Part shown: positions 1-9,212 of the stretch, one piece after another | Layout of the letters: every line of letters starts with the position of its first letter | How positions within the stretch are numbered: position 1 is the first letter of the stretch | NCBI GenBank assembly: GCA_965262915.1 | Contig: OZ253564.1 | Location: 3,552,001 to 3,616,000, forward strand | Direction of reading: 5' to 3' | From: Candidatus Spongiisociaceae bacterium | GTDB lineage: Bacteria > Actinomycetota > Acidimicrobiia > Spongiisociales > Spongiisociaceae | Length of the DNA: 64,000 nt | Position numbers and translations under genes: made by a program | Notes under the pieces: model-generated | What the model was told of the DNA's origin: nothing | Database searches by the model: none | The model's input: only the letters and a program-made list of their open reading frames with translations

Positions 1-647
1 ACTCTGCTGTGAGATTCGGCGTGAGCCATCGCGTCCTGCCGGCCCTGCGCCATCAGATAGTCTCGCTTCCAGCTGATCAGTCCATCATGCTCGGCATGGA
101 CCATCGCGGTCATTCCCGCTCTTCGGGCGGCAGCCAGTAGTTCAACCAGATCGGACCCGGCGAGCCGGAGGCGCTCGTAGGTCATGAAGACCTTGAGCGA
201 CGTGATCCCGAGGTGGGCAACCTCTGCCAGGTCCGCAGCCGTGTGATCATGTAGCTCGGTAGGAATAAGATGCAGCCCGTAATCCACCATTGCTTCAGCT
301 TCCGCCCGCCGCATAGCCTCGGCAATCGCATCGCGGACGTTCGTACCGCGATGCTGGGCGGCAAAGGCCATGACCGTTGTCGTCCCGCCGAAAGCCGCCG
401 AGCGGGTCCCGGAGGCGAAGTCATCAGCGGTCGGTACCCCGGCCCCGGAAACCTGCGCCAGGTGGCAATGAGGGTCTACTCCACCGGGGAACACGTACTT
501 CCCCCCCGCATCGATCTCACGCTCACCGGACCGTATGCCGTCGCCGATGGCCTCTATCCGATCCCCGACGATCGCCAGGTCGGCTGCTATCACCCCGTCC
601 TCGGAGACCACACGACCGTTCCGCAATACGAGATCTGGCGTTAGCAC
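1..647 (-). CDS. hydA: Dihydropyrimidinase / D-hydantoinase, 3' end truncated by window edge
   Basis: Missing from the ORF track; translated by hand from GTG at 647: VLTPDLVLRNGRVV...IDAGGKYVFPGGVDPHCHL...TADDFASGTRSAAFGGTTTV...GITSLKVFMTY...VHAEH. These are the typical cyclic amidohydrolase motifs. Confidence 0.9.
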   Translation of the reverse strand, partial: MLTPDLVLRNGRVVSEDGVIAADLAIVGDRIEAIGDGIRSGEREIDAGGKYVFPGGVDPHCHLAQVSGAGVPTADDFASGTRSAAFGGTTTVMAFAAQHRGTNVRDAIAEAMRRAEAEAMVDYGLHLIPTELHDHTAADLAEVAHLGITSLKVFMTYERLRLAGSDLVELLAAARRAGMTAMVHAEHDGLISWKRDYLMAQGRQDAMAHAESHSR

Positions 648-649
648 CT

Positions 650-1582
650 CTATCCGACGATGTCCACGGTCGGGATCCCTGTCGCCGCTTCGAGTCTGAC
701 AAGCAACCGGTCGAGTTCTTCGTGGTCGACTCGACCCAGAACGGGAGCGGGAAACCGCGCACGTGCGGTGCGAATGGCTTTGCGACGGCGCAGGAGTTCC
801 TTCCGGACGCTGATGCCCATGCGGAACTCGTGCCGATTGATTGGCAGGTACAGGTCGTACAGGTCTTCGGCCTCATCCGGTCTCCCCAAGGCATGCATGG
901 CGATGACGCGCGCCAGCACGTCGGGGAATGCGAAGCCGGTCATCGCGCCGTCGGCGCCGCGCGCCAACTCCTGGGGTAGGTGGATGCCGTTGTTGCCCGT
1001 CACGATCGTCACACGCCTCTGTCCGGCGGACTCCGCGTTGCGGATAGCCGTGAGCTTGCCCAGACCGGGTTCGTCTTCAGCCTTGAGCATCGTCACCGTC
1101 GGGCACCTTTCGACAATCAAGCGCCAAGCGGTCGGGGAGATGTGGACTCCGTTCGCCTTCGGGAAGTCTTGAACACAAATCGGAATACTGCCCAAGGCTG
1201 CTGCGGCAGCCTCGAAGTAGCCGGCAACCTTGTGGTCGCCGGCCAAACCGGCTAGAGGCTGGAGAAGTACACCGGCGGCGCCGACGCCCATCGAGAAGGT
1301 TGCCAACGACCGGACACGGGACAGCGACGAATCCGACACGCCCACGATGACAGGAACCCTCCCGTCGACGGCAGCGATGGCGCTTTCGGCTACGAGTCGT
1401 GATTCCGCGTCGGTCATCCGATTGGCCTCACCCATCACGCCGAGCAGGGCGACTCCGCTCGAGCCACACGCAACATAGAAATCCATCAAGGTCTGGATGG
1501 ACGACGGGTCGATGCTGCCGTCTTTGTCCAAGGGCGTTACAGATATCGCTATAAGGCCCGATGTCGGCATGGAATCGATCAC
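650..1582 (-). CDS. Dihydrodipicolinate synthase / N-acetylneuraminate lyase family class I aldolase
   Basis: VTPLDKDGSID, LLGVMGEANRMT, GRVPVIVGV and Schiff-base Lys in MLKAED. Start placed at GTG 1582, overlapping the upstream TGA (GTGA). Confidence 0.85.
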   Translation of the reverse strand: MIDSMPTSGLIAISVTPLDKDGSIDPSSIQTLMDFYVACGSSGVALLGVMGEANRMTDAESRLVAESAIAAVDGRVPVIVGVSDSSLSRVRSLATFSMGVGAAGVLLQPLAGLAGDHKVAGYFEAAAAALGSIPICVQDFPKANGVHISPTAWRLIVERCPTVTMLKAEDEPGLGKLTAIRNAESAGQRRVTIVTGNNGIHLPQELARGADGAMTGFAFPDVLARVIAMHALGRPDEAEDLYDLYLPINRHEFRMGISVRKELLRRRKAIRTARARFPAPVLGRVDHEELDRLLVRLEAATGIPTVDIVG

Positions 1583-2247
1583 AGGTCCGGTCCTTTCTCG
1601 GTGCGGGCATCCCGGAGGGCTGAGGCGGCGAAGGTAACAGCGGCCTGGCACGGCTCGATCACGGGCAGCCCTAGGTCGCTCTGGAGCCGGGAGCGGAGAT
1701 GGGTCATGCCTGTGCATCCCAACACGACCACGTCCGCACCGGATTCCGCCAGCTGCCTGCCGGCTTCGAGAACATCCTCGTAGGCTTCCTCACTCTCCAG
1801 ATCGAGCACGCCCCGCCCGCTGGCAACGTCCGCGACGACTCTCGCCGTGACTCCGATCCGATCCCAGTAGCGGTAGTGGCGGGGCACCGATGCGTCGACG
1901 GCGGAGATGACTCCGACATTGCGCCCGCGTGACATTGCGGCCAGCACGGCCGATTCGGCTATTCCGAAAACGGGCTCCTCGAGGGTTGCCCTCATCTCGC
2001 CGATCCCAGGGTCGGAGAAACAAGCGACCACGTAGGCATCTGCCGGATGCTCTACGGCAATTTCGATCATGGGCTCGACCGCGGCCGCAACGTCGTCGTC
2101 GGATTCGATAGCGGGCGGCCCGCCTGGCGTGGTGACTACCTGTATCTCGACGCCCAAGTCTTCGGCGAGACCCCTCACCGCGTCATCGACCTGTATCGAG
2201 ATGCGCTCGGAGCTGTTCGGATTTACCAGGGTGACTCTTCCAAACAT
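1579..2247 (-). CDS. Asp/Glu/hydantoin racemase family protein
   Basis: LVNPNSS, ACFSDPG, VFGIAES and LGCTGM, giving two catalytic Cys. Start at ATG 2247. Confidence 0.9.
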   Translation of the reverse strand: MFGRVTLVNPNSSERISIQVDDAVRGLAEDLGVEIQVVTTPGGPPAIESDDDVAAAVEPMIEIAVEHPADAYVVACFSDPGIGEMRATLEEPVFGIAESAVLAAMSRGRNVGVISAVDASVPRHYRYWDRIGVTARVVADVASGRGVLDLESEEAYEDVLEAGRQLAESGADVVVLGCTGMTHLRSRLQSDLGLPVIEPCQAAVTFAASALRDARTEKGPDL

Positions 2248-2257
2248 CGGAGGCACC

Positions 2258-3028
2258 TTACCTGATCTGGGACTCATGCCATCGGAGGAACTTCGACTCC
2301 GCAAGGACGGAAAGAGCGAACATCGTGATCCCGAGCGCCGCGGACCCGACAATGGCTACGAACAGATCCGCCGTCCGCAGAGTCGACTTCGAGATGAGTA
2401 TGACATAGCCCAGGCCCTGGGTAGATGACACGAACTCGGCCACGATCGCGCCGATGACCGCTGCCGGAGCGGCGATCTTGATGCTGGACAGGAGATACGG
2501 AAGCGCGAAGGGTAGGCGGACGCGCAGGAAGACGAACCGTTCCGTTGCGGCCAGAACCTTCATCAGGTCCAGAGCGTCCCTATCTGCGGACCGCAAGCCG
2601 ATGGCGGTGGTGACCGTTATGGGGAAGAACGAGATAAGAAACGCGACCGCTATCTTGGGCGCCAGTCCGGTGCCGAGCCATAGCACTAGTACGGGCGCGA
2701 TTGCGACGATCGGCGTAACCTGAATGATGACCAGATAGGGCATCATCATGCGCTCGAGTGTACGAACGTAAGCCATCACTGCTGCGAGAAATACACCGAG
2801 CGCGAGACCGATTGCGAAACCCAGCAATGCCTCGTAGGCCGTTCTCCATGTATGGAAAGCGAATCGTTGCGGCTTGTCCAGGAAAGCGTCGAGGATCGCA
2901 GACGGAGCCGGTAGCAGGAACTTGGAGATGTCGAGAGCCTGAACAGCGCCCTCCCAGACAACCACGACCAAGCCGGAGAAGATCAGCGGTAGCCAGCGCA
3001 GGAACCGGCTTCTTGTGAAGACACTCAT
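2258..3028 (-). CDS. ABC transporter permease, NitT/TauT family
   Basis: LLPAPSAI, TPIVAIAP, FFPI and GAIVAEF motifs; about six TM segments. Confidence 0.92.
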   Translation of the reverse strand: MSVFTRSRFLRWLPLIFSGLVVVVWEGAVQALDISKFLLPAPSAILDAFLDKPQRFAFHTWRTAYEALLGFAIGLALGVFLAAVMAYVRTLERMMMPYLVIIQVTPIVAIAPVLVLWLGTGLAPKIAVAFLISFFPITVTTAIGLRSADRDALDLMKVLAATERFVFLRVRLPFALPYLLSSIKIAAPAAVIGAIVAEFVSSTQGLGYVILISKSTLRTADLFVAIVGSAALGITMFALSVLAESKFLRWHESQIR

Positions 3029-3041
3029 CCGTCGCGAACTC

Positions 3042-3908
3042 TCATGGTCCCCGTAGTTCGAACTTGCCGCCGATGCTCGTACTCTCGGCAGTCTCGGCCT
3101 CCTGTTGGATCCTATCCCTGACGCGGTTTGTGACCTCCAGAAACTCGATCGTCGCCCGCAGGTCCAAGGGCCGAGGCCGCTCGAAAGGTACGTCCACCGT
3201 GCCCGCTACACGGCCCGGCCGAGCAGACATAACGATGACCCGATCTGCCAGGAATACGGCCTCCGTTAGCGAATGGGTCACGTACAGGACGGCTGGCCGG
3301 GTAGCCGTCCAGATGTCCTGAAGGGCCAGGTTGAGTCGGTCGCGGGTGATCTCGTCGACCGAAGCGAACGGCTCGTCGAGCAGGAGAACCGATGGCGTGA
3401 GCATCAGCGAGCGCGCCATCGCGGCGCGTTGCCGCATGCCCCCCGAGCACTCGCGGGGCAGCGCGTCTTCGAACCCCGTCAGCCCTACGAGATCGACCAA
3501 CTCCTGCGGCTGCACGGGCGGATCCTTGATACCGGCCACCTGCAGGGGCAGGCGGACATTGTCGATGACGGTGCGCCACGGGAGCAGAGCAGGCTGCTGG
3601 AACATGAACCCGACTCGACGACTCCGGCGCGCCTCCTCCGGCGTGACTCCGCAAACGGAGAGCTTGCCCCGGGTGTAGCCCGGACCGTGGAGATCGGCAA
3701 CAGACCGAAGAAAGGTCGACTTGCCACAACCTGAAGGGCCGATGATGGCGACGAACTCCGCCGGCATCACGTCGAGGGTGAAAGGACCCAGGGCATGAAC
3801 CGATGCCCCGCTCACGGTCGGGTACACACAGCCAGAGTCCACGGCGGAGACCGCCGCTCCCGTGACAAGAGAGCGGCGGTCTCCGCCGTTCGAGCGATCA
3901 GCGCTCAC
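3042..3908 (-). CDS. ABC transporter ATP-binding protein, NitT/TauT family
   Basis: Walker A GPSGCGKS, signature CSGGMRQR, LLLDEPF, VTH. Confidence 0.93.
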   Translation of the reverse strand: MSADRSNGGDRRSLVTGAAVSAVDSGCVYPTVSGASVHALGPFTLDVMPAEFVAIIGPSGCGKSTFLRSVADLHGPGYTRGKLSVCGVTPEEARRSRRVGFMFQQPALLPWRTVIDNVRLPLQVAGIKDPPVQPQELVDLVGLTGFEDALPRECSGGMRQRAAMARSLMLTPSVLLLDEPFASVDEITRDRLNLALQDIWTATRPAVLYVTHSLTEAVFLADRVIVMSARPGRVAGTVDVPFERPRPLDLRATIEFLEVTNRVRDRIQQEAETAESTSIGGKFELRGP

Positions 3909-3927
3909 TGCATCCGTCCGGTGAGAA

Positions 3928-4941
3928 CTATGGCATCACCGGGGAGTCGGGTAGGTAGTCGTTCGTGTACACCTCGCCGACATCGAACTGGTCGTCGATG
4001 AAGCCGAACCCGACGAGAACGTCGAGGCTGGGCTGCCAGGTCGAATCATCCATGTACAGCAAGCCGTTGTCACGCTGCAAGTCCGACACCCAGAACGCGT
4101 GCAGGGCGGGTGCTTCCACCTCTATGATGTCTCTTTCTACATCCGGGTAGGTCTCGACCATGAGGTCGATGGCATCAGAGGGGTTCTGCAACGCCCATTG
4201 CATCCCGCGTGCATACGCACGCACGAACCCCTTGACAATGTCGGGGTTCTCAGCAACGAACGAGTCGCTGGTGATGAGGGTCTGTCCGATGGACTCAACG
4301 GATTCGGCCATCCAGAAGGTGACCGCCGGCTCACCGAACTCAACTGCGGCAAGTGCCGGAACGAGCGTGAGAAAGTCCGGGAAGCAGTCAACCAAGCCGG
4401 TGAACAGCACCACCGGGTCGAATCCAACCTCGACCTCTTCGGTTAGACCGGTCAGGTTATTGATGTTGCGGTATGACTCCCAGATCGTGTTGTAGCTCTC
4501 GAATCCTTGGAAGCCAACCTTGACATTCGCCAGGGTTGACGGGTCGTTCCCGTCGAGGCCGCGGTCAGGACGACATATCAGACCGACCGGACTAAAGGGC
4601 TGTGTCACACCGACTGCGATGACGGGAAGATCGGCCGCGTGGCTCAACAGGACCGACGGGCCCGGCCCGACGGTTATGTCGTGCTCTCCCAACCCAACCG
4701 ATTGCACTTGGTCGAACTCACCACCCGGCGTTATCTCGAGCTGGATCCCTTCTTCGGCGAGCCAACCGAACTTCTCGGCTGCCAAGACCGGAACATCACC
4801 CGATGTGGGGAACCAGTCGAAGGCGAATCTCACGGTTTGGAGGGCCGCAGGTTCTTCTTCCTCCTCAGCACAGGCAACGGTTAGTAAGGTCAGCGCCAAC
4901 AGAACTACGACCCATTGACCTAGGCGACTGTCTCGTCTCAT
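3928..4941 (-). CDS. ABC substrate-binding lipoprotein, NMT1/THI5-like
   Basis: Lipobox LTVAC, FAFDWFP, and C-terminal VYTNDYLP; adjacent to a NitT/TauT ATPase and permease. Confidence 0.88.
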   Translation of the reverse strand: MRRDSRLGQWVVVLLALTLLTVACAEEEEEPAALQTVRFAFDWFPTSGDVPVLAAEKFGWLAEEGIQLEITPGGEFDQVQSVGLGEHDITVGPGPSVLLSHAADLPVIAVGVTQPFSPVGLICRPDRGLDGNDPSTLANVKVGFQGFESYNTIWESYRNINNLTGLTEEVEVGFDPVVLFTGLVDCFPDFLTLVPALAAVEFGEPAVTFWMAESVESIGQTLITSDSFVAENPDIVKGFVRAYARGMQWALQNPSDAIDLMVETYPDVERDIIEVEAPALHAFWVSDLQRDNGLLYMDDSTWQPSLDVLVGFGFIDDQFDVGEVYTNDYLPDSPVMP

Positions 4942-4978
4942 TGCTCCTCCTCTTCGTATTCTGCTTGGCCGGCGGCGC

Positions 4979-6025
4979 CTATTCGGAGCCGGTCGAGATC
5001 ACACCAAGTTCTTCGAGGTTCTTCAGCGACTGATCGGCGGGTACGGATGTGTCCATCCAATGTTTCATGGGCGAATCCAGGAATGAGTTTGCGGGATAGA
5101 AAACGACATCTCGAAACATCTCTGCGAAGCTCTCGACTCGGATTCGAAGCAAGCCGTTCGCCATTGAGTTCTCGGATCTTGCGGTACGCAACGCAGCGGT
5201 ATCCAGCATGGCGCTCACGCCCACGGTCTCGTTCGGGGAGGTGTCGAGGGAAACGGTGTTACCCCTGAAGTCGACAATGCGTGACGACCCTCCGGTGACC
5301 GGGTCAGGGACACCGTCGTCGGAGAAGCCGATGGGGCCGGCCACGTTGGCCGATACCACATACATCATGTTGGCGGCCGCCGCCGTCACCTTCGCCGCCT
5401 CTTCAGCCTCGCTGATCGGCTCGTTGGTCGGGTGAACCAGGATCTCGGCGCCCCGCAACATCAACATTCTCGACGCCTCCGGAACCATTATCTCTCCACA
5501 GGCGAGCATGGCCACCCGGCCGAGCGACGTGTCGACCACCGGCCACAGGCCCTCGACCCCGTATCGGGCGATGTAGTCATCGAGGAAGTCGTGCGGGGAT
5601 ACCCATTGGGCGGTATGGATGCGGCGATAGCGGAGCACGACTTCGCCCGAAGGGTCGATGAAGAACGACGTGTTGAAAAAACGGTCTCGCCACTCCAGAT
5701 CGGCCTCGAACTGGTTTCCGCCGATGTGCACACCGAAAGACCGTGCAAGTTCCTGAAGAGGCTCGGTAATCGGCCCCGGCACCGGATAGCAGGCCTTCTC
5801 GATCCAGTCGGCGACGGGCTCACCCTTCGGGGGTCCCTGGAATGCGAACTCCGGCAGTACGAGCAGCGCCGGAGGCGGGTCCTCCAGCATTGCCTCGTTG
5901 ATCATCCGGCGTGCGCAGTCGAGATTCCTCTGGACGATCTCCCATGCCTCTGCTCTGGTGGACACCTTGCGAGCGATCTCGCTCGGCATCTGGATACAGG
6001 TCGCTCGCCACTGGCCCGGCATCAT
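4979..6025 (-). CDS. Nitrilase-related carbon-nitrogen hydrolase
   Basis: VLPEF (Glu), FNTSFFIDPSGEVVLRYRRIH and LACGE (Cys). Start ATG 6025 overlaps the upstream stop (ATGA). Confidence 0.88.
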   Translation of the reverse strand: MMPGQWRATCIQMPSEIARKVSTRAEAWEIVQRNLDCARRMINEAMLEDPPPALLVLPEFAFQGPPKGEPVADWIEKACYPVPGPITEPLQELARSFGVHIGGNQFEADLEWRDRFFNTSFFIDPSGEVVLRYRRIHTAQWVSPHDFLDDYIARYGVEGLWPVVDTSLGRVAMLACGEIMVPEASRMLMLRGAEILVHPTNEPISEAEEAAKVTAAAANMMYVVSANVAGPIGFSDDGVPDPVTGGSSRIVDFRGNTVSLDTSPNETVGVSAMLDTAALRTARSENSMANGLLRIRVESFAEMFRDVVFYPANSFLDSPMKHWMDTSVPADQSLKNLEELGVISTGSE

Positions 6026-6312
6026 GTTCCTCCTGAAACAGGCAAAGATTCGATTATTTCGCGAGCCTGATGAATCCCGAAGGCGACCGGTGGCCGGGGG
6101 CGGGGAGGCTCCTCGTCTCGCGAGAGAAGGTCGAGCGTGATGATCGCTCGGCGGCGGTCGAGTTGATCCATGGCTTCTGTGAGAAGGTTCGACTCGGCGC
6201 TGCAGTCCGTGAGTTCTAGGTATGAGGCGCGGAACCTCCATCTGCCATCGGAACCCTCAACCGGCTCGACCGAAAAGGCGAGCGGCACAGCGAGGTACTC
6301 CTCGGGCGTCAT
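6022..6312 (-). CDS. Small HicB-fold-like protein (no HicA partner)
   Basis: 96 aa; WRFRASYLELTDCSAES...EAMDQL...EEPPRP resembles the HicB N-terminal pattern (a.vPdLpGc.t.G.t.eEA...ge.iP.P). ATGA-coupled on both sides. Confidence 0.65.
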   Translation of the reverse strand: MTPEEYLAVPLAFSVEPVEGSDGRWRFRASYLELTDCSAESNLLTEAMDQLDRRRAIITLDLLSRDEEPPRPRPPVAFGIHQAREIIESLPVSGGT

Positions 6313-7625
6313 GAGTCAATCCCTCCGGCAGCGATGACTGCCTCCGGAGTCCCGCCCTCCATCATTGCGCGGACATCCGCGACCCAGTCGGCGCTTCGAG
6401 GCAGTACAACGGAGACACCCGGGGCGTCGTAGCCCGACCCGCTCACGCCCACGACCGGCGTACCGGATGCGGCATCGGCAGCAGCCTTGAGCAGAGCCTG
6501 GCGGGTCGCGATGACACCACCGTCGGTGCCGACCAGTGTCTCCTTCGAGCGGTCGTATGCAGGGCCCATGGAGGCGGTCGCCATGTCGTCCTGCTCCTGA
6601 TTGCCGGTGATACCGCTCCAGATGACGCCCGAGTTCTGGGCAGTCCGATCTATCAGGTAGTCGTTGGCGAGATTGCGAATCGCCATGTAGCTACCCGGCT
6701 GCTTCTGAGCGTAGATGCCCCCTCTACCCGCCGCGTACAACTCCAGCTCCCCATCGGTGAGGTCGCGGTCCGGGTGCCACGACAGGCCGTATACCCATGT
6801 GGTCTGCTCGTCGACCGGCACCCACGCGTGGATCTTGCGAACTTCTGCCGTGCTCTCGGCGGGGACAACGGTGTAGCACGGTGCCAACCAATGGTTCACC
6901 CTCCAGTAGTAAGCATCTTCCCTGAAGTTCCGCCGGGCACCGATCAGCAGCCCGTACTCGGTCTCCACAACGTCGAAGTGGGGAGCCGTCTCCTCGAGGA
7001 TGTTCCTGACCAGCGGATGATCGGGGTCCTCGAGGAGTTCCTCGCGATGCAGGTACGGGACGTGACTCGAGTCGATATCGGCTTCCAATGCTTGAAGCCA
7101 GTGGCACGGTTGTAGTCGCTTGCTTACGTACCGGCCGGCATCGCCCACCTTGAGGTATCCGAGATCCGGCAAGGGAGGTGGAGGAGACTCTTCTCCGAGG
7201 TACGCCCAAACAATCCCACCCGCTTCACGGGTGGGATACGCGGTTTGAGCTACCTCGGGCCGGCCTACGAGGCCGGGACTGGTCGGGTTCTCGATACAGT
7301 CTCCGTTGACGTTGAACTTCCATCCGTGATAGAGGCATTGCAGTCCCCGATCAGCGTTTCGACCGAAGAAAAGTGACGAACCGCGGTGCGGACAGAACTC
7401 GTTCAGTAGACCTGGCGTTCCGTCGGAGTCGCGGAAGGCCACTAAAGGCTCGCCGAGCAGCTTGGTCCTGATGGGCGGTGAGTCAGGATCCGGGATCTCT
7501 TCAGTCAGGCAGGCAGGAAGCCAGTAGTTCCTCAGGGCGATGCCCATCGAGGTGCCGTTGGTAACCCCTGCCAGTGTGCGATGCTCTGCCGCGGTAAAGC
7601 GGAAGACTCCATTCAACGCTTCCAT
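6309..7625 (-). CDS. Rieske non-heme iron oxygenase alpha subunit (phthalate 4,5-dioxygenase/LigXa-like)
   Basis: Rieske motifs CPHRG and CLYHGWKF; mononuclear Fe site DIDSSHVPYLH and QDDMA. Confidence 0.92.
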   Translation of the reverse strand: MEALNGVFRFTAAEHRTLAGVTNGTSMGIALRNYWLPACLTEEIPDPDSPPIRTKLLGEPLVAFRDSDGTPGLLNEFCPHRGSSLFFGRNADRGLQCLYHGWKFNVNGDCIENPTSPGLVGRPEVAQTAYPTREAGGIVWAYLGEESPPPPLPDLGYLKVGDAGRYVSKRLQPCHWLQALEADIDSSHVPYLHREELLEDPDHPLVRNILEETAPHFDVVETEYGLLIGARRNFREDAYYWRVNHWLAPCYTVVPAESTAEVRKIHAWVPVDEQTTWVYGLSWHPDRDLTDGELELYAAGRGGIYAQKQPGSYMAIRNLANDYLIDRTAQNSGVIWSGITGNQEQDDMATASMGPAYDRSKETLVGTDGGVIATRQALLKAAADAASGTPVVGVSGSGYDAPGVSVVLPRSADWVADVRAMMEGGTPEAVIAAGGIDS

Positions 7626-7639
7626 CGATCTCCTTGTAA

Positions 7640-9055
7640 CTACCCCTGGGCCACAACCCGATCGCTCGTCTGTTTCTCCGAAACCTCGGGCCCCGGTCCA
7701 CCAGGTAGCGAGGTCTTTCGCGCGACATCGTTCATGACATCGATCGCGGGCACCGTCCTCGCGTAGAGAGCAGCCGGGATCGCCGTGAGATAGGGAAAGT
7801 CGGACTCAGGGGGCGGCTGTATGCCATCCGCTTCGAGAGCACGGGCCGCTGCGATCAGGCTCCGGCGAACATGCACGATCGGTGCGTCGCTCGAAACCAG
7901 TCGCTCCTCTGTACGGTCGAGGATCGACCCCATGCCCTCGGTCACGGCACGGTCCTGCAGCCAGACGCTCCCGATTCCCGAGAACAGATTGCTGCGCTGG
8001 ACATCCCGATCCAAGCCATAGTCGTTTTCTCGATTGACCAGGGGATAGAACTCCGACTGCGGCTCGACATTCTTTGGCGCATAGCCATCCGGAGAGACAT
8101 GTGCATCTTGGCCGGTGAGCTGATAGTTGATTACGTCCGTAGAAAGAGGCGCATCGGTGTCGTAGTGAATGCGCCAAACGATGGTGGTGTGATCGTCTCT
8201 TGGAAACCACACATTACATTGAGCCGCGGCGTCTACATCACTCGGTACCCCCGCGTAGAACGGCATGATGAAGTGGTTGAATCGGTAATAGAACGTGCTG
8301 GGGCCGGCTTCTCGTCGCGCGGTCGAGAAAAGACCGTATGCTGTTGGCATCACGGTGATATCGGGCTGGGGATCCCTGTTCCAGTACATCGTCTCGAACT
8401 CTGCCGTCAGAACGTCATCCTCCGGCTCGGGTGCGAACTCCTTGCCCCTCATGGCCAGACGAGTATCGAACTCACGATAAGAGGCCACAGATCCATGGAG
8501 AAAAGAAATGTGAGAGGGATCGAAGTCACCCTCCATAGCCTGGGCGTAGTTGCAGTTCAATAGCTGCTTGGTGACGAGACGATGATCCTCAGGTATGCTC
8601 ACCCAATCCAGGGGTGGTAATTCGCCGGGTAACTGGTCCTTCGGACCCATAAAGACCCAGACAATTCCGAACGCCTCACGAGTAGGATAAGAAATACTCC
8701 TGATCCGTCGTCGAAAGTCGGACTGGCTAGGCACATTGGGCATGGCCATACATACCCCGTCCACACTGAACTTCCACCCGTGGTATATACATGTCAGGCC
8801 CGATTCTTCATTGCGCCCGAAAAAGAGGGGAGCTCGGCGGTGTGGACACAACGCTTCAAGGATTCCGATGCGGCCTTCCGTGTCGCGAAATGCAACCAGG
8901 TCTTCTCCGAGCAGACGGAGGCGGATGGGTCCCGAGTCCGGCCCGGTGAGCTCCGAACTGAGAACTGCCGGCAACCAGTAACGTCGCATCAGGTTGCCCA
9001 TCGGGGTGCCTGGGCCGACGCGTGTCAGGATCCGGTTGCGCTCTTGGCTGAGCAT
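7640..9055 (-). CDS. Rieske non-heme iron oxygenase alpha subunit (phthalate 4,5-dioxygenase/LigXa-like)
   Basis: MLSQERNRILTRVGPGTPMGNLMRRYW start, CPHRR, CIYHGWKF, DFDPSHISFLH and QDRAVTEGMG. Confidence 0.93.
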   Translation of the reverse strand: MLSQERNRILTRVGPGTPMGNLMRRYWLPAVLSSELTGPDSGPIRLRLLGEDLVAFRDTEGRIGILEALCPHRRAPLFFGRNEESGLTCIYHGWKFSVDGVCMAMPNVPSQSDFRRRIRSISYPTREAFGIVWVFMGPKDQLPGELPPLDWVSIPEDHRLVTKQLLNCNYAQAMEGDFDPSHISFLHGSVASYREFDTRLAMRGKEFAPEPEDDVLTAEFETMYWNRDPQPDITVMPTAYGLFSTARREAGPSTFYYRFNHFIMPFYAGVPSDVDAAAQCNVWFPRDDHTTIVWRIHYDTDAPLSTDVINYQLTGQDAHVSPDGYAPKNVEPQSEFYPLVNRENDYGLDRDVQRSNLFSGIGSVWLQDRAVTEGMGSILDRTEERLVSSDAPIVHVRRSLIAAARALEADGIQPPPESDFPYLTAIPAALYARTVPAIDVMNDVARKTSLPGGPGPEVSEKQTSDRVVAQG

Positions 9056-9212
9056 CGGAGCACTCCCCTCGTCCTGCTCATATCACCGAGTGAGTCTGGC
9101 ACCGGTAGGGAGTGTTGGCAAGCGGTCCGACTCCAAGACTCCTCCGTCTCGGGAGACCGCTGATCCGTAGTCGCTCTGGGCTGCTTGAGCCATAAGCACC
9201 CACCGAGGAGTC

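Noticed and set aside
650-1582. dapA (lysine biosynthesis)
   Set aside because: Lacks the GTTGE motif (has GVMGE) and the catalytic Tyr (has VQD), and the context is catabolic.
6022-6312. HicAB toxin-antitoxin module
   Set aside because: There is no hicA-like ORF adjacent; both neighbours are catabolic enzymes.
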